Shown piece by piece: positions 1 through 12,684 of a stretch of 64,000 nucleotides of DNA. This DNA is from the human T2T-CHM13v2.0 reference genome, Homo sapiens. A model generated the notes under the pieces. The model ran no database searches, was not told the DNA's origin, and was given only the letters and a program-made list of their open reading frames with translations. The position numbers and the translations under genes were made by a program. Location: the NCBI RefSeq assembly GCF_009914755.1, contig NC_060940.1; one strand, 5' to 3'. Each line of letters starts with the position of its first letter. Position 1 is the first letter of the stretch.

Positions 1-129
1 ATCCTCACAAACTCCCCTCTACCTCCACATTTTAGGTGATTCTCTTTCCTCTTACATTTTCTCATAGTCTGCCCTCCCTTTATAGCTCTAATCACAACTT
101 GAATTGTATAACAAATTCTATAATGATTT

Positions 130-290
130 TTTTAAAACTGACTTCCCCATTAGGGTGTATGCTCCCTGGGGACTGAGCTCATACCTGGTTCGTATTTGCG
201 CCCGCTGAATCCTCAACACCTAGTACAATTCTCAGTAAGCAGTCCCTAAAGCTAGGTGATTACTCTGTATGTGTTAGTGAAATGCATTAA
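130..290 (+). mobile_element. L2 LINE 3' end relic
   Basis: Degenerate match to the L2 3' terminus (ccccattagggtgtatgctccctggggac...cacctagtaca...). Confidence 0.55.
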
Positions 291-489
291 GTACCCATTT
301 CCCCTTGGCGTGGGAAGCCCACAGGAACAGCATTTTCCTGCCTTACTTCTGAAGTCCTTGAACTCACGCTCCTACTGGAGTGATGGCAAGGCCACTGGAA
401 AGCCAGGTCGGAGAACAGAGACCCCCCCAGCCTGCTTTCACAGTTGGTTCCGGCAGTTGTTGCATTTGTGGCAAGAACCTCATGGCAGT

Positions 490-985
490 ATTGTGTCCTT
501 CACATTGCTTTGTATCAGGCAGCATGTAGCAGGCTTTTGTGTCCTTACTGGTGACATTAACTTGGACCACTTACAGAGGGTGGTGTCTGCCAGGTTTCTC
601 CTATATAAACTTAATTTTTCCTCCTTTGTAACTAACAAGGGTCTTGGAAGGAGATATTTCCAGACTACACAAATACCTTGTTTCTTTTCATATTTTCACC
701 CACTGATTCTAGGCTTCTTTGATAATTTTTGCCCTCCTGCCCCACCAAAAAATATTTTACCATTATGGTTACCAAATGGCGATTCTCTAATGGCATGAGT
801 CCTTCTACATTTATTTGTTGGCATTCTATTTTAAGGAAAAGCTCCCCCCAACTTAAGAATTTATTTCCAATTTTAAAAGTTTCATTACTATGGTTTTATG
901 GGTTCTTTTTTTATTCTGTAGGGTAACAATCTGTTGCTACCCTTATTTATTCTTGTGCGCCAATTGTCCACCGTTTGTCCAGTGG
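490..985 (-). mobile_element. Old L1 3' UTR fragment (L1MC4/L1MC5-like)
   Basis: ggtgacattaacttggaccactt...ggtggtgtctgccaggtttctc...ccttctacatttatttgttggcattctatt matches the reverse complement of the L1MC4/5 3' UTR. Confidence 0.75.
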
Positions 986-1289
986 GAAGCCTAACATGCA
1001 GTTTTTATATTGAAGTATCCTAGCACGTCAACTTTTATTGCTTCACTTAAAATCTGCCACCTTCCACCTTCATGTCCTGAATCCTTTATCTAGAAAATGT
1101 GTAATTTTCCAAGAAGGCCTCAGACCCAGTGGTCCAGTTACTGTCTGTTTTTGCTGACTAACTCTTGAAATAAGAATTTTTTTAAAAGCTGGTAGTAGGG
1201 ATGAAGGGGGTTAAGTGACAGTTCTCCTAAGAAGCATACTCATGGCCCTGCCAGCGGCTTGGAGACATAAGGGAGGTAAACTGAAATCT

Positions 1290-1565
1290 TTCCTGAACAC
1301 TTCATGCTTTTTGGTTTCTCTCCACTTTTTAACACACTGCAGTGTAATTCCCTCCACTATCCTGAAAACATGGATTTAGATTCCAAGACCCATCTCTCCT
1401 TCTGTGAAGCCATCCTCCCTGCCCCACCCAGGCAGGATGAATTATTCTCTTCTTGGCAGCTCTAGAAGCCCTGGTATAGGCTTTTGTTCTAGCATCAGTC
1501 ATATGGTGTTATAACTATTTTTGACACTCCGTTCCCCTCAATAGGCTGTGAGCCTTTCACAAATG
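1290..1565 (+). mobile_element. L2 fragment
   Basis: ctccttctgtgaagccatcctccctgccccacccaggcagg...aggctgtgagcct resembles the L2c/d 3' region. Confidence 0.55.
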
Positions 1566-1599
1566 GGTTTTTACATATATCTGTGTTAAGTAATAATAA

Positions 1600-1880
<281 letters not shown>

Positions 1881-1943
1881 AATAATAAACATTTTTAATT
1901 ATTTAAAAATGTGTTAGAATCGATATCTAGGTCATTGTGTAAA

Positions 1944-2155
1944 CCAAAGGCCAGCAAACTTTCCTGCAAAGGGCCAGGTAGGCTTTGTAGGTGATATAGT
2001 TTCTCTTATAACTAGTAAACTCTGCTACTGTATATCTAATGGCCCTATACACGATACATAAAAGAATGAATGTGGCTGTGTTTCAATAGAACTTTATTCA
2101 TATAAATAGACGTGGGGCTGAATTTTACCCTAGGGCTATAATTTCCTGACCCCTG
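1944..2155 (-). mobile_element. MER58A hAT-Charlie DNA transposon
   Basis: cagcaaactttcctgcaaagggccagg...tggctgtgtttcaatagaactttatt...tgacccctg is the reverse complement of MER58A. Confidence 0.85.
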
Positions 2156-2162
2156 ATCTCTC

Positions 2163-2242
2163 CCACCTCAAGGTCTTCCTATTAGCTGAATACCTGCCTT
2201 AGGAAATCCCTCATTTTCTCTGGCTATTTTCTGCATATTCTT
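2163..2242 (+). mobile_element. L2 fragment (left part; continues at 3443)
   Basis: cacctcaaggtcttcctattagctg...ctgccttaggaa...ctggctattttctgcatattctt aligns to the L2 3' region and joins colinearly with aagggctcagcttaaac at 3443. Confidence 0.7.
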
Positions 2243-2701
2243 TTTTTTTTTTTTTTTTTTAAGCAGCTTTCTAGCTTCTCTCTGGAAGAGTGGAAAGATG
2301 ATGGGGCTAGCCCATAGTTTCTCAACCTGGGCAATATTGACAATTTGAACTAGGTAATCTTTTGTTGTGAGGGAGTACATTATAGAATGTTAGCAGCATG
2401 CCTGGCCTCTACACACTGGATACCACTAGCAGCACTGCAGTCATGACAATCAAAATGTCTCCGGACATCGTAAAATTACCCCTGGTTGAGGAGAATCAGG
2501 CTAGTCCGTGCACAATATATTTTTAAATTTTTCTTTAGTTCTTCAAGAGCCTTCCAGGTGAAGGAATGGACTGCCACAGCCAAAAACAAGATGGCTAGCA
2601 AACTCTTCTCTCCAGGAAACGTCTTCCTAATAAGGCATATTTTATTATTTTGTCAGAAAGTCCATTTCTACACCTTTCTTAATCCTCCATTTAGTATTTC
2701 T
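2241..2701 (-). other. Putative L1 3'-transduced segment with second poly(A) tail (T20 at 2241-2260)
   Basis: Lies between the L1PA poly(A) and a second poly(T). The whole unit is flanked by tgcatattctt direct repeats (2232-2242; 3137-3147) and interrupts an L2. Confidence 0.7.
2312..2500 (-). mobile_element. MER20 hAT-Charlie DNA transposon (inside the putative transduction)
   Basis: tttctcaacctgggcaatattgaca...cctggcctctacacactggatacc...atgacaatcaaaatgtctccggacat is the reverse complement of MER20. Confidence 0.85.
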
Positions 2702-3139
2702 CTTTTTTTTTTTATTATACTTTAAGTTCTGGGGTACGTGTGCAGAACTTGTAGGTTTCTTACGTAGGTATACACGTGCTATGGTGGTTTGCTGCATCTG
2801 TCAATCCGTCATCTACATTAGGTATTTCTCCTAATGCTATCCCTCCCCTAGACCCCTACCCATCGACAGTGTGGTGTTTCCCTCCCTGTTTCCTTGTGTT
2901 CTTATCGTTCACCTCCCACTCAGGAATGAGAACATGTGGTATTTGGTTTTCTGTTCTTGTGTTAGTTTGCTGAGAATGTTGGTTTCCAGCTACATCCGTG
3001 ATCCTGCAAAAGACAGGAACTCATCCTTTTTTATGGCTGCATAGTATTCCCTGGTATATATGTGCCACATTTTCTTTATCCAGTCTATCATTGATGGGCA
3101 TTTGGGTTGGTTTCAAGTCTTTGCTATTGTGAACAGTGC
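2702..3139 (-). mobile_element. 5'-truncated L1PA7/L1PA8 3' end
   Basis: ttttttattatactttaagttctggggtacgtgtgcagaac...ggtatacacgtgctatggtggtttgctgca...catctacattaggtatttctcctaatgctatccc, the primate L1 3' UTR and ORF2 end in reverse. Confidence 0.93.
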
Positions 3140-3145
3140 ATATTC

Positions 3146-3428
<283 letters not shown>

Positions 3429-3442
3429 CAGTGCATATTCTT

Positions 3443-3722
3443 AAGGGCTCAGCTTAAACCTTACCTGTTTGAGTGTAAGGCAGAGCTCCTTGATCTGCAT
3501 AATAGATTAAGTTCCAGTGCTGTATTTACCAAAGTCCCCTCTATTATTTCCCTATTAGAGCATTCATTAGTATTAACTATAATGACTATAATGACTTGTT
3601 TTACCTTTGAAATTTTATTAAAATTATTGCAAGAGCACTTTTTTACCTTCCAATGCCCAGTGCTTCAGTACTTACTCAGAGTGCAGGCACATTTAAAATA
3701 TTTGTTGAATGTACAAATAAAT
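3443..3722 (+). mobile_element. L2 3' end (right part)
   Basis: ggctcagcttaaaccttacc...cccagtgct...aaatatttgttgaatg, the L2 terminus. Confidence 0.7.
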
Positions 3723-3757
3723 GTTTAAAAGGTTTCACATAGACTAGGTTGCAAAAT

Positions 3758-4188
3758 CCATAGCAGACACTGTAGGTGCTCCACCTATATCCTTTCCTTT
3801 TACCATTCTGGGGCATACTGGCCTAATTTACTTGCAGAAGAACAAACACATTCTGAGAACAGCCAGGCCTCAACCAAAGACCAGCAGGAGCAGGTGCATA
3901 AATACCCCAACTCCCTCACCCTTCGAATGCGATGACTCTAAGGCTTATGTTTTAAACTGGCTTCCATAACTCACCAGCAGGATTCAGTTCTAGTTATCCA
4001 CATTGACAGCTGATTTGATAACAGCCGTTTTGTTGGCTGCTTTCCCTGCCTTATCTCATTTCCTATTCTCACTGTCACTCTCATTCCTGTTCTCTTATTC
4101 TCATGTAGTGCTCCCATCACCTTCCACATCAACCCCGCACACTTGAATCCTTGTTGCAAGGTCTGTTCCTAGGACAGCAAAGCATAAG
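3758..4188 (+). mobile_element. LTR16C-like ERVL solo LTR
   Basis: ataaataccccaactccctcaccc...gattcagttctagttatccac...cacttgaatccttgttgcaaggtctg match LTR16 motifs. Confidence 0.8.
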
Positions 4189-4189
4189 G

Positions 4190-4335
4190 TTTCCAACAAC
4201 CCTGTGAGATGTGTATCATCACCTGTATTTTAAAAGTAAGAAGTGCAGGGCAGAGAGATTATGGCCATCTACCAAGTGCATCGAAGAATAGGCATCTAAC
4301 CCAGACCTCTGGCTACAAACTCTGGACATCATCCA
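4190..4335 (-). mobile_element. MIR
   Basis: caacaaccctgtgagatg...tattttaaaagtaagaag, the MIR core in reverse. Confidence 0.65.
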
Positions 4336-5254
4336 GTTCACCATGTTGTTTCTATAAGGTGTTCAACTAGTGTGCGTTAAATGACAAGATGGCTGGGTGT
4401 AGTTCTGATATAAACTCTTCCCAAATTCAACCTTGAATTCAAATGGTTTCTTTCTAGTCGTAGTATGGTACCAAATAGATAAGTCTGTTTAGGTAAGAAT
4501 TAAATGTAAAAAAACACAAACATTTAAGTTCATTGGATTGTTTCCCCTTAACTGCCTGTGCCCCTTAAATGCTACCTTTTCCTGATCCTATTTGAGGGGG
4601 GAAGTATCTTTTGAATCCCAGACTTGCAGGGACGGATTCTGCATGGCCTGTACCCTTGTTTGCAGCGATTACTCTGCTCAGAGGAGGATGACCTGTGTGG
4701 GGAGCCTCTTCAGCTACTTGAGGCACTAACCCTCTAGCCCAGGAAGTCCCATTATTGCTGGGCCCTGCCATAAGCTTATTTGTATTTCACAGCGACTTGC
4801 ACAGATGTGCCAGATATGTACAGATGGATTTTTATCAGAAGAGAGTCTACCCAAGTGAAGCAGTGTAGGGTGAGGCTAAATCCCAAAATTGAAATTTGGG
4901 GACACTGATTAGGCACAGAGCAGGACCAGGGGTTAAAACCATGTGGGAAACAGATCAATAGAATGGAGGAAAACAGTCCCTGAGGAGGACCCTATGACAG
5001 AAATCTACTATAGAGAAACGGCCTGGGCAGACCAAGCATAATATTCAGTGGAGAGTCTGGGTGTGAGAGCTGTGTTTGGGTGAGAAGCAGGGAATGATTG
5101 AAAGGTAAGACAAGAGAAAACATTTCCTTTTGTTCATTCCATTTCTGCAGAGGCTCTTGTATTTCTGAGTCCCATTTTGAAAGTCACACAGCCCAGCATC
5201 TCATCTCTTCTTTAGCCGAAAAACATACTGCATTAGCTGAGTCTCCAGAGCAAG

Positions 5255-5445
5255 TTGTTGCTAGCCTTGGGACCTGGGGAGGTTATTTCAGCTGTGAGTA
5301 CCTCACTTCCCTCACATGCAAAGTGCAGTAGTAACAGCACTTCCATCCTATGGTAGCTGGGACGGAAAATGCATAACTCCATGTGAATTGCCAAGGATAG
5401 TGCCTGTCACGTGGTAAGCATTTAACACATAGTAGCTGTTTTTAA
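5255..5445 (+). mobile_element. MIR
   Basis: cctcacttccctcacatgcaaagtg...agtgcctgtcacgtggtaagcatttaa. Confidence 0.75.
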
Positions 5446-6204
5446 TATTATGTGTGGTAGATTGGCACCATTCCATGAATCCAAGCCATTTGGGTATGAT
5501 AACTGAACTGGTTGTCAAAGCAAGAATCAGCCTTGTGTTTACAACCACTGAGAAAGAGCTTGTCAAGCTCTTAGCTGAAATCTGTACAAAATATCTGCTG
5601 CAGGTCTCTACCTTTTTACCATTTAAGGTCCATGAAGGAAACCAGGTCACTCAGGCACAACCTGATTTTAATGAACCCTCGTAGGCGTCTAAAGAATCAC
5701 CACTTTATTTTTTTAAAGTGTTCAAAACCATTACTTTAATGATTTGTTCTGGAGTCTCGACCCAGAACAATGTCAGTCTCGTTACAGAATCTCAGAATTT
5801 ACTGCCACTTTTTGAAATAGTTGGAGATACTTTCTATCCTCTGTCTCAGCATTTCTGCCACTCTTCTGGATTGGATTTATTTAGAACAATTAAATGCTGT
5901 CTTACAATCTCTTTCCCCAACTTGGGGTTTCTCTTCCCTTCTACCAACGTTCACTCTGCATTTTCATTCTGATGCTCATTTTTCTTGGCATTTTGTCTGG
6001 AGAAGTTTGAAGCAGAGCAGATGCTCAGACGGTCTGCATCCCTCCTCTTTGCCGTCCTTCTCCTTTGCTCACCTGCAAGAATCAGGCTTTACGATTCAAC
6101 TTTCTGTTCCAAACATAGCTTTAAAGCCTGTTTGGGTGTCCTTAGAAATTTTTCTAAGTGTCAGCTCATATGAGACACCCGCTCCAGATGTCTTGTTTTC
6201 CCAC

Positions 6205-6470
6205 TGTTCACTGTTCAATTTAACAAAACACATATTAGGCACCTACTGTGAGGCAGGCATTGTGCTGCTCTTGAAAGATACAAAGGAAAACAAGGTGTAG
6301 TCCCTACTTTCAAGGCGCTCACGGTAAAGCTAGAAATGTAAACAAACCAACACAAGACAGTGTGCAAGAATCCTGTTAAAGACCTGCCCTCACTGAACTG
6401 TGCCCCTCCACCTGGAGGCTGCAGCGGGTCAAGGATGGCTTCACTGAAGGGATGATATTTGAACAAGACT
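6205..6470 (-). mobile_element. L2 3' end
   Basis: ttcaatttaacaaaacacatattaggcacctactgtgaggcaggcattgtgct...gtccctactttcaagg. Confidence 0.8.
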
Positions 6471-6626
6471 TATTTTTATTTCTTTTTATTCTTCTATCCC
6501 ATGACATTTCCTTTTCTAGTCTCCTAGGCAGCCATCAACAAGGTGCACAAATATGTCTTTTTGCTTATACAGTAGTCATACAAAATGCATGTTGCAGTTT
6601 TGTACTCAGCTGTTTCATTGATGTAA

Positions 6627-7001
<375 letters not shown>

Positions 7002-7249
7002 TAAGCTTTCTTTGTAAGATGCATTCATGTCAGGGTGCAAACATCCAGGCTGTTATTTCCATTCACTGTGTGTCCTTGCATCTTCCACATCCTTCACTTT
7101 TCCATTGTCTCCATGTAGAATGCCCACATTGTCTCTGGTTCCCAACACCCTGAATAACTGCAGCAATACCCTTTACGATTCACATGCAGATGGGTGTAAA
7201 AGGTTCCTTGCCTTATATTTGCCCAGAAATGGAATTTCTGGATCACAGG

Positions 7250-7697
7250 TATGACAGGCAGAATAATGACCCCAATGATATCCACATTCTAATACCTAGA
7301 AACTGCAAATATGTGACCTTGGGTGGCAAAAGGGACTTTGCAGATGTAATTAGATTAAAATTTTTGAGATTGAGAGATCATGTTGGACGATGTAAGTGGG
7401 CCCAGTATAATCACAAGGGTCCTTATCAGAAAAAGGAGGAGGCAGAAGATCCAGAGTTGGAGAGAGATTTAAAGATGCTCTATTGCTGTCTTTGAAGATA
7501 GAGGAAGGGGCCAGGAGTCAAGGAAAGTGGGCAGCATGTAGAACATGTAAAAGAAAAGGAAGCAGATTTGTCCCTAGAGCCTTCAAGAGTCTCCATGTCA
7601 GACTTTTGACCTCAAGGACTATAAAATAATACATTTGTGTTGCTTTAAGCCATTAAGTTCCTGGGGATTTGTTACAGCGGCCGCAGGATGCCCACAC
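7250..7697 (+). mobile_element. MLT1D MaLR solo LTR
   Basis: ggcagaataatgaccccaatgatatccacattctaatacc...ggcaaaagggactttgcagatgtaatta...ttgtgttgctttaagcc...ttgttacagc. Confidence 0.88.
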
Positions 7698-8124
7698 ATA
7701 AACTACGCCCAGACTGACTTTGACTGTAATGGCGCTGGGTCAGTCTCAGAATGGCTGTCCAGGCCCACATTTCTGATAGCCGCACATGAAGTCCTCACGT
7801 CTGCACACCCTCGGCATCACTTGGCCCAACTCGTCTTTCTGATTTCTTTCAGTCCGATGGGTATAAAGCATAAACAAGTCTTGAATAAAGAGTCAGAATT
7901 CCTTCCAATAAAGTAGGGTGGTTGAGGTGAGATGGGGGATGGCCTTGGGGCCCTGGCTGCTGTGGTTGGATGGTCTGGTCTTTGGGAGAGGATGCACAAA
8001 TCATTAGGAAAGCAGAGATAAGGCTCCCAAGGGGCTACATGGAGAGTAAGTGGAGACAAAACCCGTGCGCCTTGTGAGGACACAGGGCTGTGTGGACTCC
8101 ATGGAAGAGAGGGCCCCAGACAGT

Positions 8125-8365
8125 GGCAGGCAGTGTGGGGTCACAGTCGTAGTCAGGCCTGGGTGTCAGTCACAGTTCTGCAGCTGCCGTGTGACCCTAG
8201 GCATGCTCTTAACCTCTCTGATCCTTGGCATCCTTCTCCCTGTGACAGGGATAATAATACTATCTGCTCATAGGACTGCCATGTGGCTTACATGAGATCA
8301 TGCATGCAAAGCCCCTAATACAGTGAATGGTATAGAGTTGGCACCCAACAAATAATCATCGTAAT
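8125..8365 (+). mobile_element. MIR
   Basis: gtgtgaccctaggcatgctcttaacctctctg...gggataataatac...atgagatcatgcatgcaaagc. Confidence 0.8.
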
Positions 8366-9197
8366 GATACTATTTTCATTAGCACAATAATTGTAATAAT
8401 AATTACAGTTTCTTACATTCCTCAACTCCAAGAAAATTGGATTTTTCTTGTAATCTGCAGGATCCATTGCTGACCTTGCTCTTCTATCTGGAGAATAATG
8501 TATTGCAATCAGTTTCCACATATTTATATGCAAAGGCCTTTATATATTATTTTCAAGGAGATCTTCCCCTCCTTAACCATTGCCCTTGTCTATACCCCCA
8601 TCCCTGAAAAATGGGGGTTTCCTTTTAGGGCTTTTAACAGCATAATGCAGTTGAATACAACTTATTTTACTGACATCTCTCCTCCAAGCGCTCTCCCCCA
8701 GCACTTTCCAGGACTAAATAATGCATGAAGGGAGAGAATAACAGGGATTGCATAAACGACGGAAAACAGCACGGTAAGGATTCTGTGTTGTGAAGAGATG
8801 AAAGCCCCTGGTCAGAAGGCCAGTAACAAAGCAAAGAAGAAATGCAAAGGCATTGACGAGGGAGACAAGAAAAGTATTTTTCAAGATAAGATTTGTGGAG
8901 AGTTAAAAAGGAGATGACTCAGGAGACAGTCAAAGACTCTTCATTAGACAGGAACTCCAGAGTGGGTACACCAGGGGGCCTGGGCTTTTGAAGGGCTGGG
9001 GCTCTGAAGAAGTTAACAAACACCAGCTCCACTTCCTGGGCCTCTGAAGCCTTCTTTGACGTGCCCAGGTGGGGGCCGATTCTTCTTGCTTGGTGTCCTA
9101 TGCCTCCCTCTTCCTACCTTTATTAGAGAATGTATCTCACTCAACTGTAACGGTGGATTCCTATGTCCTTTTTCTTCACTGTGCTGGAGCTCCAGGC

Positions 9198-9254
9198 GCT
9201 TTTCCAGTTATCCTCATGCTTTTCCATCTTAGATGCTTTTCCAGTTATCCTCAT
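9198..9254. repeat. Short tandem repeat, 20/17/20-bp units (gcttttccagttatcctcat)
   Basis: Identical 20-mers at 9198-9217 and 9235-9254 flank a related 17-mer. Confidence 0.9.
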
Positions 9255-9264
9255 CATAGATTAA

Positions 9265-9470
9265 AATAATAATTGTTGGTCATTTAGTCTGTCCCTGTGC
9301 TAAGTGCTCCATGTGCATTAGATAAATTATGCCTCAAGACAGCCCCAGATACCCATTTTACAACTGTAGAAACTGAGGCAGGAGGAGATTGAGACTTGCT
9401 TGCAGATGTGCAAATGGTGGAGAATGTAGGTGAGATTGGCACTGAGGGGTTCAGACTCCCAAATAGGGCT
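9265..9470 (-). mobile_element. MIR
   Basis: ctgtgctaagtgctccatgtgcatt...cccattttacaactgtagaaactgaggc. Confidence 0.8.
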
Positions 9471-10129
9471 GTTGAGTTTCTTTTACTCCCAAAACCAAGC
9501 ACAGTGCTGAGCACGAAAATGCACTAAGCAAGAGTTTGATTTGTGAACACATTATTCTGCCTGGAACTCAGCTAGCTAGCCAGGTGGTACTCGGAGTTGG
9601 CATTTCTGTTGCTCAGGCCGGGCTGCATTTGGTGAGTTGCGGGAAGGGGATGATGACATCTTCTCCAGTTAACAAAAGACAATGGCTTGTTCTGAGGAGA
9701 GGGCCTGGAACTCTTGGTCCATCAGTCTGGCTTTGTCCTGTCTATTATACACAGTCTAATCACCCCCAACAAATGGTGCTAGGAAAACGAAAACAAAAGC
9801 TATATATTTCCTCTTATAGAATTTTTAAAACAACTAAATATACCTCTGGAATACACTTTACAAATTTATGCTAAAGGCTTCCACACCAATGTGGCTCCTA
9901 AGTTCCCAAAATTGAGCTCCATTTTGAATTGCCCTTGGCCCTGCTCTCTCTGGGATTGCTAGAGAGTTCCAGCATGGACCCAGTGTCCTTTGTGGGCTGC
10001 AGAGCTGGACAACACTGGGATGAGTAAGGCAGCCAACCCTCAGCCCTGGGAGGCACAGTGAGGGCCAGGGTATTAACCAGAAGCTTAGTAGTCATTTTAC
10101 CATCAGCATTAAGTCACCCACATGCACAC

Positions 10130-12499
10130 TGATATGGTTTGGCTGTGTCCCCACCCAAATCTCATCTTGAATTGTAGTTCCCATAATCCCCACGTGTAAT
10201 GGGAGGAACCTAGTGGGAGGTAATTTAATTATGAGTGAGTTCTCACGAGATGTGATGGTTTTATATGGGGCTTTTCCCCCTTTTGCTTGGCACTTCCCCT
10301 TGCTGCCACCATGTGAAGAAGGACATGTTTGTTTCCCCATCCACCATGATTGTAAATTTCCTGAGAACTCCCAGACCTGCAGAACCGTGAGTCAATTGAA
10401 CCTCTTTCCTTTATAAATTACCCAGTCTCAGGTATGTCTTTATTAGCAGCATAAAAATGGACTAATACAGCAAATTGGTTCTGAGGGAGCAGGGTGCTGC
10501 TCTAAAGATACCCAAAAATGTGGAAGTGACTTTGGAACTGGGTAACAGGCAGAGGTAGGAACAGTTTGGAGGGCTCAGAAGAAGACAGGAAAATGTGGGC
10601 AATTTTGGAACTTCCTAGAGACCTGGAAGGCTCAGAAGACAGGAAGATGTGGGAGTTTAGAACTTCCTAGAGATTTGTTGAATGTCTTTGACCAAAATGC
10701 TGATAGTGATATGGACAATGAAGTCCAAGTTGGGGTGGTCTCAAATGAAGATGAGGAACTTGTTGGAAACTGGAGCAAAGGTGACTCTCGTTATGTTTTA
10801 GCACAGGGACTGGTGGCATTTTCCCCTGCCCTAGAGATCTCTGGCACTTTGAACTGGAGAGAGATGATTTAGGGTATCTGGCAGAATAAATCTCCAAGCA
10901 GCAGAGCCTTCAAGAGGTGGCTTGGGTGCTGTTAAAAGTATTCAGTTTTATGTATTCATAAAGACATGGTTTGGAATTGGAACTTATGTTTAAAAGGGAA
11001 GCAGAACATAAAAGTTCAGAAAATTTGCAGCCTGACAATGCAATAGAAAAGAAAAACCTATTTTATGGGGAGAAATTCAAGGCTGTTGCAGAAATTTGCA
11101 TCAGTAATGAGGAGCAAAATATTAATCACCAAGACAACAGGGAAAATGTCTCCAGGGCATGTCAGGGGTCTTCATGGCAGCCCCTCCCATTGCAGGCCTG
11201 GAGGCCTTGGAGGAAAAAATGGCTTTGTGGGCCAGGCCCAAGTCTCCCCTGCTTTGTGCAGCATGGGAACTTGGTGCCCTGTGTCCCAGCCACTACAGCC
11301 ATAGCTAAAAGAGGCCAAGGTACAGCTCAGGTTGTGGCTTCGGTGGGTGCAAGCCCCAAGCCTTGGCAGCTTCCACATAGTGTTGAGCCTGCAGGTACAC
11401 AGAAGTCAGTAATTGAGGTTTGGGAACCTCTGTCTAGATTTCAGAGGATGTGTGGAAACACGTGATGTCCAGGCAGAAGTTTGCTGCAGGGACAGAACAC
11501 TCATGGAGAACCTCTGCTAGAGCAGTGCAGAAGGGAAATATGGGGTTGGAGCCCCCACACAGAGTCCCCACTGGGGCACTGCTTAGTGGAGCTGTGAGAA
11601 GAGGGTCACCATCCTCCATACCCCAAAATGGTAGCTCCACTGACAGCTTGCACCATGCACCTGGAAAAGCCACAGACACTCAAAGCTAGCCATGAAAGCA
11701 GCCGGGAGGGGGGTTGTACCCTGCAAAGCCACAGGGGTGGAGCTGCCCAAGATCATGGGAGCCCACCTCTAGCATCATCATGCCCTAGATGTGAGACATG
11801 AAGTCAAAGGGGATTATTTTTGAACTTTAAGGTTTAATGACTGCCCTATTGGATTCTAGACTTGCATGGGGCCTGTAGCTCCTTTGTTTTGGCCAGTTAC
11901 TCCCATTTGGAACAGATGTATTTATCCAATGCCTGTACCCCCATTGTGTCTGGGAAGTATCTAACTGGCTTTGGATTTTACAGGCTTGTAGGCCTCTTCT
12001 CAGATGAGACTATGGACTTGGAGTTTTCAGTTAATGCTGGACTGAGTTATGACTTTTGGGGACTGTTGGGAGGGCAGAATTGTCTTTTGAAATGTGAGTA
12101 CACGGGATTTTGGAGAGTAGGGGCAGAGTGATATGATTTGGCTGTGTCCTCATCCAAATTTCATCTTGAATTATAGTTCCTGTAATCCCTACATGTGGTG
12201 GGAGGGACGTGGGGGGAGACGACTGGATCATGGGGGTGGTTACCCTCATGCTGTTTTCATGATTGTGAATTCTCATGGGATCTGATGGTTTTATAAAGGG
12301 CGTTTCCCCCTTTTGCTCAGCACTTCTCCTGGATGCTGCCATGTGAAAAAGGATGTGTTTGCTTCCTCTTCCACCATGATCATAGTTTCCTGAGGCTTCC
12401 CAAGCCGTGCAGAATTGTGAGTCAATTAAACCTCTTTCCTTTATAAATTACCCAGTCTTAGGTATGTCTCTATTAGCAGGATGAGAACAGACAAATGCA
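10130..12499 (+). mobile_element. Full-length THE1C ERVL-MaLR provirus (5' LTR 10130-10469, internal 10470-12128, 3' LTR 12129-12499)
   Basis: Two LTRs (tgatatg...; gaattgtagttcccataatcccc THE1C signature) flank a typical ~1.6-kb THE1 internal region. TSD cacac/cagac (4/5). Confidence 0.93.
10971..11465 (+). pseudogene. Decayed MaLR internal ORF remnant (gag-related)
   Basis: Translation (LELMFKREAEHKSSENLQPD...KPWQLPH) is typical of the THE1/MST internal ORF. It is a fragment of a longer ORF broken by stops and frameshifts. Confidence 0.75.
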
Positions 12500-12684
12500 C
12501 AGACCAACAAGGAGTATGTGGTGAGCTTTTTCCTGCCTTGCTTTTTTGAAAGAGGAAAACAATAAGATCAGAACAGATTATCACTAAAATTGGCAGGGGG
12601 AAAGTGTGGCACAGTCATTAGAAAAAACTGGACTTTGGAGACCATTTTAGGAAATCTTGGAATACTAGCATTGTTTGGGGCCAC

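Noticed and set aside
256-798. 180-aa ORF
   Set aside because: It starts at GTG, runs antisense through an L1MC 3' UTR and has no recognisable domain.
4458-4492. Possible 35-nt micro-exon (ttctttctag|...tag|gtaaga)
   Set aside because: Such splice-site pairs are common by chance. There are no partner exons or transcript evidence, and it contains stop codons.
5821-6300. 159-aa ORF
   Set aside because: It has a non-ATG start, its 3' part is an antisense L2 and it shows no domain-like features.
8965-8983. CTCF-like caccagggggc
   Set aside because: Mismatches at key flanking positions; too weak without ChIP data.
10971-11689. Overlapping ORFs as a possible domesticated gag gene
   Set aside because: They are fragments of the THE1C internal ORF, broken by stops and frameshifts like ordinary dead copies.
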